Origin: an uncultured cyanobacterium
GTDB lineage: Bacteria; Cyanobacteriota; Cyanobacteriia; Cyanobacteriales; Cyanobacteriaceae
Assembly (NCBI GenBank): GCA_963749915.1
Contig: CAVVOP010000022.1
Location: 416,001 to 480,000, forward strand
Length of the DNA stretch: 64,000 bases
Reading direction: 5' to 3'
In this document: positions 63,729 to 64,000 of the stretch, in pieces
Layout: each line of letters opens with the position of its first letter
Numbering within the stretch: position 1 is the stretch's first letter
Translations under genes and position numbers: made by a program
Notes under the pieces: generated by a model
Database searches by the model: none
What the model was told of the DNA's origin: nothing
What the model saw: the letters and a program-made list of their open reading frames with translations, nothing else

Positions 63729-64000
63729 ATGGAAATTAACTCTCATTTTCAGGCTGTAAAAAAAACAATTTATGAGAAAAGAGAAATTGTCAAATTTAGT
63801 GTAGTTGGTGCTTTATGTTTAACCTTTAATGTAGTTATTTTATGGATTTTAACAGATAAATTTGCAGTAGAGGAAATGATGGCTACTATTATCGGTTTTT
63901 TCTTCTCCAATTTACTAGGTTTTTTCCTCAATAAATATTTTACTTTTAAGGTTACTAATACCAGTATTTTGAAAGAAATTTACAAGTACTACACTGTGAT
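63729..64000 (+). CDS. GtrA family membrane protein (runs off the right edge)
   Basis: Manual translation MEINSH...IVKFSVVGALCLTFNVVILWILTD...GFFLNKYFTFK. Confidence 0.82.
   Translation, partial: MEINSHFQAVKKTIYEKREIVKFSVVGALCLTFNVVILWILTDKFAVEEMMATIIGFFFSNLLGFFLNKYFTFKVTNTSILKEIYKYYTV

Overview
AT-rich chromosomal window from a unicellular cyanobacterium. The evidence is ycf3, pcyA, prk, sqdB, ftrV, an NtcA-type glnA promoter and at least 20 HIP1 GCGATCGC sites; a Cyanobacterium/Geminocystis-like Chroococcales host is my impression only. About 24-40 kb and 44-64 kb are mostly housekeeping genes (folD, glnA, pcyA, trmB, cikA-like kinase, pilT/pilC, ctpB, glmU, sqdB, hisF, ycf3, clpP, prk, acs). 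About 1-22 kb and 41-44 kb are more accessory: part of a probable sulfated-EPS cluster, cry-DASH, an HNH gene pair, GH57, a Ser/Thr kinase, a His-tailed chelatase and a WecB/TagA-MshEN fusion. Intergenic spacers hold many small mobile relics: several MITE families, heptamer tandem repeats, and IS5, IS701, IS1, TnpB and four-helix-bundle fragments. No rRNA, tRNA or CRISPR array was recognised. The top candidate for a new system is a 694-aa helical/TerD-like protein gene followed on the same strand by a TATAAT box and a ~68-nt end-paired stem-loop that looks like a small RNA (possible protein-ncRNA module). Other highlights are a pilin-like gene put out of frame by an A10 tract (possible phase variation), a frameshifted c-di-GMP-receptor (MshEN) tail on a glycosyltransferase, and a sulfotransferase whose 5' end comes from a duplicated piece of a neighbouring gene. 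All family assignments come from motif recognition, not database searches.
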